Assembly: GCA_045604565.1 (NCBI GenBank)
Contig: JAZUOF010000076.1
Location: forward strand, 152-64,151
Direction of reading: 5' to 3'
Length of the DNA: 64,000 bases
DNA from: Faecousia sp.
Lineage (GTDB): Bacteria; Bacillota; Clostridia; Oscillospirales; Oscillospiraceae
Shown: piece by piece, positions 1 to 10,253 of the stretch
Layout: each line of letters begins with the position of its first letter
Numbering within the stretch: position 1 is the stretch's first letter
Notes under the pieces: generated by a model
Databases searched by the model: none
What the model was told of the DNA's origin: nothing
Seen by the model: the letters and a program-made list of their open reading frames with translations, nothing else
Position numbers and translations under genes: made by a program

Positions 1-702
<702 letters not shown>

Positions 703-818
703 TCAATTAATAACGATTGACGTTTAAAGTAAATGATTTTCAAATACATTAAAAAAAGAATTGTCTTTTTGTGACGAATGGGGTATGATGTTACTAACTG
801 TAAACAGGAGGCGAGTAT

Positions 819-2327
819 ATGATCTGCAGTATCTTTACGATGGGTGTTAACGGCGTGGAAGGCAATGCCGTTACGGTGGAATGTTACATTTCCAACGGCC
901 TGCCGACCTTTGATGTTGTAGGCTTGCCGGACGCGGCTGTTAAAGAGGCAAGAGAACGTGTTCGTGCTGCGGCAAAGACCTGCGGATTGAAATTTCCAAC
1001 CGGGCGAATCACCATCAATCTCGCCCCTGCCGGTTTTAAGAAAACGGGAACACATTACGATCTTCCCATTTTTCTGAGTATTATGTGTGCTTGCGGCGCG
1101 ATTCGCAGACCGCCATCTTCCTGCGCGTTTATTGGCGAAGTAAGCCTTGACGGACAGATTCGCCCTGTAAACGGTGTTCTGCCGATGACGATCGCTGCCC
1201 GCAGAAGCGGCTTTGAAACGGTTTATGTTCCTGCAGAAAATGCCGCTGAGGCCACCTTGGCACGGGGACCTGCCATCATTCCGGTCCGTACGGTCAGCGA
1301 GCTTGTGGAGTCTCTAAACGGCGGAGAGCCGTTGGAAGAGGAGCCAATGTGGATGCCCGATAGAAGTCAGGTGCACCTTCTAGACTTTAAGGATGTAGCG
1401 GGGCAGGAGAATGCAAAACGCGCAATGGAAATTGCCGCTGCCGGGGGGCATAATATCTTAATGATTGGACCTCCCGGCTCCGGAAAAAGTATGCTGAGCA
1501 AACGATTACCATCTATTTTACCGGATATGACGTGGAACGAATCCCTTGCAGCCACCCAAATCTATTCGGTGATGGGTATGCTTTCACCTAAATCTCCGAT
1601 GATTTTACAGCGGCCCTTCCGAGCGCCTCATCATACGGTCTCTAATGCAGGCTTGATTGGTGGCGGAACAAATCCAAGGCCCGGTGAAATCTCTTTGGCG
1701 CATAAAGGCGTGCTCTTTTTGGATGAGCTTCCGGAGTTTAGAAAGGACACGCTTGATTTGATGCGTCAGCCTGTGGAGGATGGAAGCGTGACCATTGCCA
1801 GAATTTCCGGCAGCGTGACCTACCCGGCTGAATTTATGCTTGTGTGCGCTATGAATCCCTGTAAGTGCGGCTGGTACGGTGATCCATCCGGTAGATGTAC
1901 ATGCTCCGAAAGTTCTATTGAAAATTACCGCAGCCGTATCTCCGGACCGCTCTTGGATCGGATTGACCTGATTGTGGAGGTTCCTGCAGTGCCATTTGAG
2001 GACATTTCCCGAAAAAAAGAGGCAGAACCTTCTGCAGACATTCGTGCCCGTGTCAATGAAGCAAGAAAAATTCAACATCGTCGTTTTGGGGAATCCTCCG
2101 GCATGTACAATGCGTTGATGGGCCCCACAGAACTGCGGTACTATTGCGTATTGGATGATGATTCCTACGATTTGATGCGCCGCGCATTTGACGTATTTGG
2201 ATTAACTGCAAGAAGCTATGACAGAATTCTAAAGGTTGCCCGTACCATAGCGGACTTGGCCGGCAGTCAGAATATTCAGGCGGAGCACATTGCGGAGGCT
2301 ATTCAGTACCGTATGGTTAACCTGTAA
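819..2327 (+). CDS. comM: YifB/ComM family Mg-chelatase-like AAA+ ATPase
   Basis: VGLPDAAVKEARERV, INLAPA, Walker A GPPGSGKS, PFRAPHH, LFLDELPEF, MNPCKCG, ISGPLLDRID; AGGAGG RBS. Confidence 0.92.
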   Translation: MICSIFTMGVNGVEGNAVTVECYISNGLPTFDVVGLPDAAVKEARERVRAAAKTCGLKFPTGRITINLAPAGFKKTGTHYDLPIFLSIMCACGAIRRPPSSCAFIGEVSLDGQIRPVNGVLPMTIAARRSGFETVYVPAENAAEATLARGPAIIPVRTVSELVESLNGGEPLEEEPMWMPDRSQVHLLDFKDVAGQENAKRAMEIAAAGGHNILMIGPPGSGKSMLSKRLPSILPDMTWNESLAATQIYSVMGMLSPKSPMILQRPFRAPHHTVSNAGLIGGGTNPRPGEISLAHKGVLFLDELPEFRKDTLDLMRQPVEDGSVTIARISGSVTYPAEFMLVCAMNPCKCGWYGDPSGRCTCSESSIENYRSRISGPLLDRIDLIVEVPAVPFEDISRKKEAEPSADIRARVNEARKIQHRRFGESSGMYNALMGPTELRYYCVLDDDSYDLMRRAFDVFGLTARSYDRILKVARTIADLAGSQNIQAEHIAEAIQYRMVNL

Positions 2328-2345
2328 GAATAGGAGAAAGTTATC

Positions 2346-3536
2346 GTGAAGGAAATCTTTTTGCTGAAACTGGGTGAAATTGTTCTGAAAGGAACAAACA
2401 AGCGCCAGTTTGAAAATAAATTGCGTCAGAACATCCGGCGGCGTATGAAGGCGTACGGTAATTTTGATGTATATATTATGCAGTCCACAGTATATGTTGA
2501 ACCTATGGACGAAATGGCGGATATTGACGGGGCGTGGGAAGCTTGCCGGAGCATATTTGGACTGGTCAGCTTGTGCCGATGCCACGCCTGTAAAAAAGAT
2601 ATGGACAGTATTTTTGCTGCTGTGGAGGAATATCTGGGAGAAGAACTGGATTGCGCGGAATCCTTTAAGGTAGAGTCTAAGCGGTCCGATAAGGCATTTC
2701 CTATGACATCCATTGCCATTTCCCAGGAAATCGGAGGCCGCCTTGCCGAGGCACATCCGGATTGCCGTGTGGATGTGCGGAATCCTGCCTATACGGTCTA
2801 TGTGGAAATTCGTGATTTGGCTGCCTATGTTCACGGACCTGCTGTGCCCGGAGCCGGTGGTCTGCCTACCGGTGTTGGCGGACGAGCCATGTGTCTTTTA
2901 TCCGGCGGCATTGATTCTCCCGTGGCGGCTTATATGATAGCTAAACGGGGAGTGGAAGTGGAGTGCGTTCACTTTTTCTCCTGGCCATACACCTCGCGCC
3001 TTGCCAAGGATAAGGTTGTGGAGTTGGCGCGACTTGTAACACGTTACTGCGGAAGAATGACCCTGAACATTGTAAACTTCACCCCTATTCAGGAAGCAAT
3101 TCGTGACAACTGCCCTGAAGAATTCTTTACATTGATTATGCGCCGTTTTATGATGGAAATCTCTCAGGAAATTGCCAAAGAACATGGATGCGGCGCACTG
3201 ATTACCGGCGAAAATCTTGGTCAGGTTGCCAGCCAGACGATGGAGGCGATGACGGTTACCGGGGCTGTTGTGGATATGCCTGTATTTATGCCGCTCATTG
3301 GTATGGATAAAGAAGAAATTGTCACCATTGCGCGCAAAATTGGTACAATGGAGACTTCTATTTTGCCCTATGAGGACTGCTGTACCGTTTTTACACCCAA
3401 ACATCCTAAGACCAAGCCCACTTTAGCGCAGCTAATTGCTGCAGAGCGGCCTCTGGACAGACCCGCTTTGATTCGTCAGGCGTTGGAAACAGTTGAAAAA
3501 ATTACGGTGAAGTACTATGATGACACTTTGCAATAA
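2346..3536 (+). CDS. thiI: tRNA 4-thiouridine(8) synthase (THUMP + PP-loop, no rhodanese domain)
   Basis: GEIVLKG N-terminus, GGLPTG, PP-loop LLSGGIDSPVA, TGENLGQVASQT, PYEDCCT. Confidence 0.95.
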   Translation: MKEIFLLKLGEIVLKGTNKRQFENKLRQNIRRRMKAYGNFDVYIMQSTVYVEPMDEMADIDGAWEACRSIFGLVSLCRCHACKKDMDSIFAAVEEYLGEELDCAESFKVESKRSDKAFPMTSIAISQEIGGRLAEAHPDCRVDVRNPAYTVYVEIRDLAAYVHGPAVPGAGGLPTGVGGRAMCLLSGGIDSPVAAYMIAKRGVEVECVHFFSWPYTSRLAKDKVVELARLVTRYCGRMTLNIVNFTPIQEAIRDNCPEEFFTLIMRRFMMEISQEIAKEHGCGALITGENLGQVASQTMEAMTVTGAVVDMPVFMPLIGMDKEEIVTIARKIGTMETSILPYEDCCTVFTPKHPKTKPTLAQLIAAERPLDRPALIRQALETVEKITVKYYDDTLQ

Positions 3537-3999
3537 GGTCTTATCTGCCTTATGCGGGAAAACTTTAGCTACGGCGGAAAGCTGCACCGGTGGAATGATC
3601 GGCGCTTCTTTAACTTCTGTTCCCGGAGCCTCTAATGTTTACTGCGGCGGTGTTATTAGTTATACAAACGCGGTGAAGCATCAGTTACTGGATGTTCCTG
3701 CAGAGCTATTGAACGCCTGCGGAGCGGTTTCTGCAGCGGTTGCTGAGGCAATGGCAACTGGCGTCCGAAAATATCTGCAGGCGGATGTGGCCGTTTCTGT
3801 CACCGGCCTGGCGGGACCGACTGGAGATGCGTTTGGGAATCCTGTAGGAACGGTGTATATTGGATACAGCGACGAATCGGTTACGTTAAGCCGTAAGTAC
3901 CTCTTTTTGGGAGACCGGGATACCGTACGTCATCAAGCGGCGCAAGCTGCCCTTGCGCTTGTTTTAGAATTTCATTCTCCCGGGGAGGCCACCTTATGA
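3517..3999 (+). CDS. CinA/PncC family nicotinamide-nucleotide amidohydrolase
   Basis: ATAESCTGG, GAVS, SVTGLAGP, PVGTVYIG motifs of the CinA C-terminal domain. Confidence 0.9.
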   Translation: MMTLCNKVLSALCGKTLATAESCTGGMIGASLTSVPGASNVYCGGVISYTNAVKHQLLDVPAELLNACGAVSAAVAEAMATGVRKYLQADVAVSVTGLAGPTGDAFGNPVGTVYIGYSDESVTLSRKYLFLGDRDTVRHQAAQAALALVLEFHSPGEATL

Positions 4000-4751
4000 T
4001 TGTTAAGTGGAATGTTAAGATTCCTGAACTTTCCGGCGACCAAACACGACGTGTTTATGTGTATTTGCCGGCTTCCTACAAAAAACAGATTCAGCGCCGA
4101 TATCCGGTACTGTATATGTTTGACGGACATAATGTGTTTTTTGATAAGGACGCAACATACGGCAAGTCCTGGGGCATGAATGAATATTTGAAGAAGTCCC
4201 GAAAACAGATGATTGTGGTTGCGGTGGAGTGCAACCACCAGGGAAACAGCCGACTTTCAGAGTATTCACCCCATAGTTTTTCTGACCCGCATTTCGGTCA
4301 TATTTTGGGAAAGGGCCGCATCTATATGACGTGGCTTGTTAAGACGCTAAAGCCATATATTGATGAAAAATTTCGCACGTTGCCGGACAGAAACTGCACA
4401 AGTATATGCGGCTCTTCCATGGGTGGATTGATGGCGCTGTATGGCGCAACGGTATACAACCGGATTTTCCGAAACGCCGCATGCCTTTCTCCCAGCCTGT
4501 GGACGGACTGCAATCAGATACTTCGTATGATCGCCAAAGCCAATCTGCGTTCGGACACCTGCATCTATATGGATTACGGCAGCGAGGAGATTGCAAACCA
4601 TGCGGGCATACTTGACGAGCTTGTGTCTGTTTCGACCCTGTTACTGTCCCGTAAGGTCAAATTGACGTTCCGGATTGTTCCGGGCGGTACACACTGTGAG
4701 GCATCCTGGGAAAAACAAATCCCTGTTTTTATGGAGTGCCTGGGATTATAG
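3996..4751 (+). CDS. Alpha/beta-hydrolase (putative esterase, IroE/Fes-like)
   Basis: VYLP..Y...RYPVLYMFDG, nucleophile elbow GSSMGG, C-terminal GTHCEASW; ATGA overlap with cinA. Confidence 0.85.
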   Translation: MIVKWNVKIPELSGDQTRRVYVYLPASYKKQIQRRYPVLYMFDGHNVFFDKDATYGKSWGMNEYLKKSRKQMIVVAVECNHQGNSRLSEYSPHSFSDPHFGHILGKGRIYMTWLVKTLKPYIDEKFRTLPDRNCTSICGSSMGGLMALYGATVYNRIFRNAACLSPSLWTDCNQILRMIAKANLRSDTCIYMDYGSEEIANHAGILDELVSVSTLLLSRKVKLTFRIVPGGTHCEASWEKQIPVFMECLGL

Positions 4752-4764
4752 AGAGGAAAATGTT

Positions 4765-5517
4765 ATGGAAATCCGTTATTTTAAGCATTATAGCAACTGC
4801 TTGAACCGGGAAATGGAATTTAAGGTGTATGGCCATCAGGGAAAACCGGTTATGTTTATTCCCTGCCAGGGAGGCCGTTTTTTTGATTTTGAAAATTTCC
4901 ATATGCTGGATTACTGGGCAAGATGGATCGAGGAAGGCAAATGCACCGTATACGCCATTGACTGCATTGACAATGAAGCCTGGGCAGCGCAGGGTGCTGA
5001 CAACCGTTGGCGTATTGAAAACCATGAGCGCTGGTTTCACTACGTGGTGGACGAGCTTGTTCCCTACATACGTCATTTAAGCGGTGAGAGAAATGGATAT
5101 GACCAGGGTATTATTACCTTTGGCTGCTCAATGGGTGCGATGCACGCGGGCAATTTGTTTTTCCGCAGACCGGATCTGTTTTGCGGCGTCTTTGCGATTT
5201 CCGGACTTTATGATTCTCAGTTGTTCTTTGGTAACTATATGGATGAGCTGGTATATAACAACTCGCCGGTAACTTATCTGGAAAATATGGCGGATAATCA
5301 TTCCTATATCCCGATGTACAATCAGAATAAGATGCGTTTTGTTGTGGGGCAAGGTGACTGGGAAGGACCGTTGCTGGAGAGTACGCGGCGTCTGCACGCC
5401 GTTGTCCAGAAAAAAGGAATCCACGCGCGGGTGGAATACTGGGGACACGATGTGGCGCATGACTGGCCCTGGTGGTATAAAATGGTGGAGCTGTACGCTC
5501 CGGAATTCCTGTACTAA
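4765..5517 (+). CDS. Esterase family alpha/beta hydrolase
   Basis: Start reassigned to ATG 4765 after GAGG RBS; YGHQGKP, nucleophile GCSMGA, catalytic His region HDWPWW. Confidence 0.85.
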   Translation: MEIRYFKHYSNCLNREMEFKVYGHQGKPVMFIPCQGGRFFDFENFHMLDYWARWIEEGKCTVYAIDCIDNEAWAAQGADNRWRIENHERWFHYVVDELVPYIRHLSGERNGYDQGIITFGCSMGAMHAGNLFFRRPDLFCGVFAISGLYDSQLFFGNYMDELVYNNSPVTYLENMADNHSYIPMYNQNKMRFVVGQGDWEGPLLESTRRLHAVVQKKGIHARVEYWGHDVAHDWPWWYKMVELYAPEFLY

Positions 5518-5532
5518 AAGAGGATAGATTCT

Positions 5533-6723
5533 ATGAAAAATTTTGTTTTTATTTCGCCCAACTTTCCGGAAACTTATTGGAAATTTTGCGCGGAGCTGAA
5601 GGGTAACGGAATGCGGGTACTGGGTATCGGTGACTGCGCCTATGATCAGCTGAGGCAAGAGCTTCGGGATTCTCTGCACGAATATTATAAGGTTTCCAGC
5701 TTGGAAAACTATGATGAGGTATTTCGTGCTGTGGCGTTTTTCTCCTATAAATATGGGAAAATTGACTGGTTAGAATCCAATAATGAGTACTGGCTGGAAA
5801 GAGATGCCAGGCTGCGTACTGAGTTTCATATTACGTCCGGATTTATGGAAGAGGATATGAATCGGATCAAGCGCAAATCTGCAATGAAACATTATTATGA
5901 AGCTGCAGGAATTCCTGTGGCCTGTTATCATTTGGTCAGCGAATGCGAAGATGCTCTGGCATTTGCCAACCGGGTTGGTTATCCCGTTATTGTCAAGCCG
6001 GATAACGGAGTGGGAGCAAACAACACCTATAAACTGCATAACGATGACGAAGTCCGCTTCTTCATGGACACAAAAGACGATCAATGCTACATTATGGAGC
6101 AGTTCGTGCGGGGGTATGTACGTACTTATGATGCTATTATCGATAATTGCGGGGAACCCCTGTTCGAATCCGGAAATATTACTCCCAATTCCCTTATGGA
6201 TATTGTAAATACCGGAGACAACTGTGTTTATTACATTGTCAAGGAACTTCCCGATGAGATGAAGGAAATTGGTAGACGTACTGTGAAATCCTTCGGCGTC
6301 AAGAGCCGATTTATTCATCTGGAATATTTTGTGCTGACTGAGGCGCAGGAGGGACTTGGCAAGGCGGGCGACATTATTGGGCTTGAGGTGAATATGCGCC
6401 CTGCGGGGGGTTATACACCGGATATGTACAATTTTGCTTACGAAACTGACGTTTATAAAATTTGGGCAGATATGATTGCTTTTAACTGCAGCACCAAGCC
6501 TCTTGGCAATGCCCATTATTGCGCTTTCGTCGGTCGGCGTGACGGCAAGAAATTCCTTTTGGATCACGAAGCGGTGATGGGAAAGTACGGTGAAAAAATG
6601 AGAATGATTAGCAGAATTCCGGATGCGCTGGCAGGAGCAATGGGAAACCAAATGTATGTAGCAAATCTTGACACAGAAGAAGAAATGAACGAGTTTTACC
6701 GCGATTTGTTGGCTTGCATATAA
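5533..6723 (+). CDS. ATP-grasp domain protein of unknown specificity
   Basis: GYPVIVKPDNGVGA, YIMEQFVRG, FIHLEYF, LEVNMRPAGG ATP-grasp motifs. Confidence 0.88.
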   Translation: MKNFVFISPNFPETYWKFCAELKGNGMRVLGIGDCAYDQLRQELRDSLHEYYKVSSLENYDEVFRAVAFFSYKYGKIDWLESNNEYWLERDARLRTEFHITSGFMEEDMNRIKRKSAMKHYYEAAGIPVACYHLVSECEDALAFANRVGYPVIVKPDNGVGANNTYKLHNDDEVRFFMDTKDDQCYIMEQFVRGYVRTYDAIIDNCGEPLFESGNITPNSLMDIVNTGDNCVYYIVKELPDEMKEIGRRTVKSFGVKSRFIHLEYFVLTEAQEGLGKAGDIIGLEVNMRPAGGYTPDMYNFAYETDVYKIWADMIAFNCSTKPLGNAHYCAFVGRRDGKKFLLDHEAVMGKYGEKMRMISRIPDALAGAMGNQMYVANLDTEEEMNEFYRDLLACI

Positions 6724-6726
6724 TTT

Positions 6727-6758
6727 ATGGCGGGAGGCGTTACAGCTTCCCGCCATTT
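6727..6758 (+). terminator. Intrinsic terminator after ATP-grasp gene
   Basis: ATGGCGGGA(G)...(T)TCCCGCCAT inverted repeat followed by TT. Confidence 0.65.
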
Positions 6759-6873
6759 GTGTAAAATAATCCCAGCATTCTGTGTGATAACCGCCAACTT
6801 TCCCTTGAAAGACACTGTAATCCACAATTATAATTGGCATACTTCAAACTGTGTAAAAGGGGCGTGGGCATAA

Positions 6874-7542
6874 GTGTATCTCAGACGTATTGCCCTATGT
6901 CTTGCAGCGGTTAGTTTCAGCGTGTTAATGTTTGTCATACTTCTTTACAATATTACATTGCAGACACAAGCAAGTCCTTGCGCGCGTAATTATCATAGCA
7001 TACAAGTGGAAAACACGCCATTGCAGATACTTGCAGTCGTGGAATATGAGGGGGCGTTTGCAGAGGATTACTCCGAAGATATGGTGTTCAGCGTTTCTGC
7101 AATTTTGTTACATAATCCTTCCGGAGATTTTATTGCAGAGGCTGTTATCGTGATCCATTCCACAAAGGGTTCTTTTTTGTACAGGGCAGAAATGATTCCG
7201 GCGGGACATACTGTATTGATTCCGGAACGGGGCAGGGCACCATACGAAGAAATGGACATTTTGGAGGTCTATGGGTGGGTCTATACATCGGATGCATTCC
7301 TTTCCGGACTGGAGATAACAGAAATAGAAGCTGACGAAATAATGGTCAGCAATGATTCCGGCAAAACGTTGGAGAATGTTCGGATTTATTACAAATCTTA
7401 TCTGCCCCAGGAAGGTATTTATCTGGGAGGAATTGCAAGGGAGGTATTTATTCCTTCCTTGTCGCCCGGAGAGAGCGTTACATTGGAATTGCCGTTCTAT
7501 GCTCCGGAATATAGCCGGATTGTTTATACCGAATATCATTAA
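6874..7542 (+). CDS. Hypothetical membrane-anchored/exported acidic protein
   Basis: 222-aa ORF, GTG start after AAGGGG, N-terminal hydrophobic segment, own terminator. Confidence 0.75.
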   Translation: MYLRRIALCLAAVSFSVLMFVILLYNITLQTQASPCARNYHSIQVENTPLQILAVVEYEGAFAEDYSEDMVFSVSAILLHNPSGDFIAEAVIVIHSTKGSFLYRAEMIPAGHTVLIPERGRAPYEEMDILEVYGWVYTSDAFLSGLEITEIEADEIMVSNDSGKTLENVRIYYKSYLPQEGIYLGGIAREVFIPSLSPGESVTLELPFYAPEYSRIVYTEYH

Positions 7543-7574
7543 AGCACCCCGAAAAATGAGTTTTCGGGGTGCTT
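7542..7574. terminator. Bidirectional terminator between convergent genes
   Basis: AAGCACCCCGAAAA-atgag-TTTTCGGGGTGCTT perfect 14-bp stem. Confidence 0.85.
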
Positions 7575-7577
7575 ATA

Positions 7578-8306
7578 TTATAAGACTTTTTTGAGAAACT
7601 CTTGCAGGCGCGGGTGAGCCGGACTGGCAAACAAGGTTTGGGGAGGACCTTGTTCCAGAATATTTCCGTCAGCAATAAACAACACACGGTCGGATATTTC
7701 CCGGGCAAACCGCATTTCATGTGTTACAATGATGCTGGTCATGCCGGTACGGACCAGCCCCTTAATAACATCCAACACTTCTCCCACCATTTCTGGGTCA
7801 AGAGCCGAGGTGGGCTCATCAAAGAGCATAACATCCGGCTCCATTGCCAAAGCGCGTACAATTGCCAATCTTTGTTTTTGACCGCCGGAAAGTGTCCCGG
7901 GCATCTCGTTGAGCTTATCCAAAAGGCCTACGCGATTCAGAAGCTCTTCTGCCATTTCTTTGGCCTCGACCGGCGTCTTTTTTTTCAGAAGCTTGGGTGC
8001 AAGGGTGATGTTTTCTTCAACTGTTAAATGTGGAAAAACATTAAACTGCTGGAATACCATGCCCATCTTTTGACGGTAAATATCAACATTGACGTTTTTA
8101 CCGGTAATTTCTTCACCTTCAAAATATATTTGACCCTGTTCCGGAATTTCCAAGAGATTCAGGCAGCGAAGGAAGGTGCTTTTTCCGCCGCCGGATGGTC
8201 CGATAATGGAAACTGCTTCACCTTTATGAATGACTTCATTGACCCCTGTCAATACTTTCAGATCCCCGAAGCTTTTGTGAAGGTTGATAGTTTTGATCAT
8301 TTCCAT
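7578..8306 (-). CDS. Polar amino-acid ABC transporter ATP-binding protein (GlnQ family)
   Basis: [33 protein letters not shown]. Confidence 0.95.
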   Translation of the reverse strand: MEMIKTINLHKSFGDLKVLTGVNEVIHKGEAVSIIGPSGGGKSTFLRCLNLLEIPEQGQIYFEGEEITGKNVNVDIYRQKMGMVFQQFNVFPHLTVEENITLAPKLLKKKTPVEAKEMAEELLNRVGLLDKLNEMPGTLSGGQKQRLAIVRALAMEPDVMLFDEPTSALDPEMVGEVLDVIKGLVRTGMTSIIVTHEMRFAREISDRVLFIADGNILEQGPPQTLFASPAHPRLQEFLKKVL

Positions 8307-8310
8307 AGCG

Positions 8311-9033
8311 TTATGTCTCCTTTGCTACAGCCTTTTTCTTTCGTGTGTAAGACTTTTCGTTAGACATCTTTTTCTCAAGCAAGGACACCAGTTTGGTAAG
8401 GGGGAAAGTCATACACAGGTAAATCAGACCGACAATGGTCAAAGATTCCAACTGCAAATAAGTTGCGCCGGCCACAGACTTATGGGCGGTCATCAAGTCA
8501 CCAATGTAGAATGTGGAGGCAAGGGACGTTTCCTTCAGAATCATAATAAATTCGTTGCCAAGAGCAGGTAATATATTGCGAATGGCTTGCGGAAGTATAA
8601 TTCTTACCATAGTCTGAGAACTGTTCAACCCAAGGCATCTTGCAGCTTCTGCCTGTCCGCGGTCTACTGCCTGAATACCGCTGCGAATTACCTCGGAAAC
8701 ATATGCGGCAGAATTAACGCACAGAGCAATAGCAACCCATATAAAGCTGGTGAAATTCAAAAAGGGAAGCAGTTCGGGGAGAACAAAGTAAAAAATGTAG
8801 ATTTGCAGAAGAATTGGAGTGCCGCGAATGACTTCAATATAGACAGAGGCGAGAAATCGTACGATCTTGAACCGGGACATTTTCAAAAATGCCACAACTG
8901 TGCCTAAAATTACACCCATAAAAACGGCGATAACTGTGAGAATCAGTGTGTTTTTTATGCCCTCAATTAAGTATATGTACCAGTAGTTTTCAAGAAGCAT
9001 CAGTATGTTCTCAAACATCTTAGAAAAGTCCAT
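8311..9033 (-). CDS. Polar amino-acid ABC transporter permease
   Basis: [36 protein letters not shown] (EAA loop), LKETSLAS. Confidence 0.95.
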   Translation of the reverse strand: MDFSKMFENILMLLENYWYIYLIEGIKNTLILTVIAVFMGVILGTVVAFLKMSRFKIVRFLASVYIEVIRGTPILLQIYIFYFVLPELLPFLNFTSFIWVAIALCVNSAAYVSEVIRSGIQAVDRGQAEAARCLGLNSSQTMVRIILPQAIRNILPALGNEFIMILKETSLASTFYIGDLMTAHKSVAGATYLQLESLTIVGLIYLCMTFPLTKLVSLLEKKMSNEKSYTRKKKAVAKET

Positions 9034-9102
9034 AGAAAAATTCCTTTCATTTTACGCAACAGGGCCGACAGCGCGGCGCTGTCGGTCCTGGAATATAAAA
9101 CA

Positions 9103-9933
9103 TTAGTCTGTTATGGGATTGCCCTCTGCGTCATAGACGACTTCCACACCGGCAATGGCCAGAGCCTCTTCATACCAGATTTCATAGCAGCCTGCAGCCA
9201 ATGCTTTCGCAAGGATGGCGTTAACTTTCTCTGTCAACTCGTCGTTGCCTTTTTGCAGAAGGATCAGGTTATTTGCCTCTTCGTCGGAAACTACAAACTG
9301 GAAGCCTGTCATTGCGACATCCGGATTGTTGTTAATCAGAGAGTTGGCATTTCCGATTGCCACGGCCATAACATCAAAATCGCCCTTTTTCAACTGAAGA
9401 AGACCAGTCTTGATATCGGTGTAGATGACCAAAGTAGCGTTGGGAAGCTGCGCCGCAACGAGATCTGCCTGCAAGGATGCGACCTGGGCGCCAACTTTCA
9501 GACCTTCAATGGATGCGGCATCGGCATAGGCATCACCATTGGCGGCCATGGTAATCAAAACCTGTTCGGTCTCGTTTTCTCCGGCGTAATAGTAGTCACT
9601 CAGATTATACTGCGCTGCGCGCTTTTCCGTCCAGGAAAAACCGGAGATAGCCATATCCACATTACCGCTGGCGACCGCTGCCTGACAAGTATCAAAATCC
9701 ATAGGCTTGATTTCTAAGGTCATGCCGAGTTCTTCGGCTATGTACTTGGCCAGGAATACATCGAAACCAACAAATTGATCTTGACCGGACTTGGTGGGAT
9801 CCACAAATTCCATAGGAGCAAAGTCCGGAGACATTGCAACAGTCAGGACAGGCTTGTCAGATTGGGTGGAACAGCCTGCCAGTACAGATACAGACAGAAC
9901 AATCATAAGTAGTGATGCAATAAGTTTTTTCAT
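9103..9933 (-). CDS. Amino-acid ABC transporter substrate-binding lipoprotein (SBP family 3)
   Basis: Lipobox LAGC, SPDFAPMEF, GFDV, DMAISGFSWTEKR. Confidence 0.93.
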   Translation of the reverse strand: MKKLIASLLMIVLSVSVLAGCSTQSDKPVLTVAMSPDFAPMEFVDPTKSGQDQFVGFDVFLAKYIAEELGMTLEIKPMDFDTCQAAVASGNVDMAISGFSWTEKRAAQYNLSDYYYAGENETEQVLITMAANGDAYADAASIEGLKVGAQVASLQADLVAAQLPNATLVIYTDIKTGLLQLKKGDFDVMAVAIGNANSLINNNPDVAMTGFQFVVSDEEANNLILLQKGNDELTEKVNAILAKALAAGCYEIWYEEALAIAGVEVVYDAEGNPITD

Positions 9934-9974
9934 AAAGAGATTCTCCTTTTCTCCGCAACGGGATTGATAAGTGA

Positions 9975-10003
9975 ATTATACAATGTATATTATTCATAGT
10001 CAA
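9975..10003 (-). promoter_or_regulatory. Sigma-A promoter of the ABC transporter operon
   Basis: Minus strand TTGACT-N17-TATAAT with TG in the spacer next to -10. Confidence 0.7.
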
Positions 10004-10145
10004 CTGTATATATATCCAACAAAAATGGAAGCATTTGGGGGAATCATCAGGAATATTCATAAAAATATTCAAAATTAACCTGTATATGCGCATATTCAGG
10101 AATTGCATACAGCTTTTTATGCAACAAGGATACAGCGATATAAGC

Positions 10146-10186
10146 AAACCCGGCTGATTAGCAACTGCGAATCAGCCGGGTGTTTT
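10146..10186 (-). terminator. Terminator downstream of VanW-family gene
   Basis: ACCCGGCTGATT...AATCAGCCGGGT 12-bp stem with T tracts. Confidence 0.75.
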
Positions 10187-10253
10187 ATATGCTTACAACA
10201 GGAAATAAATCAGATATAAACGAAAGGGAGAGGACACCTCGGAGAAAATGGTG

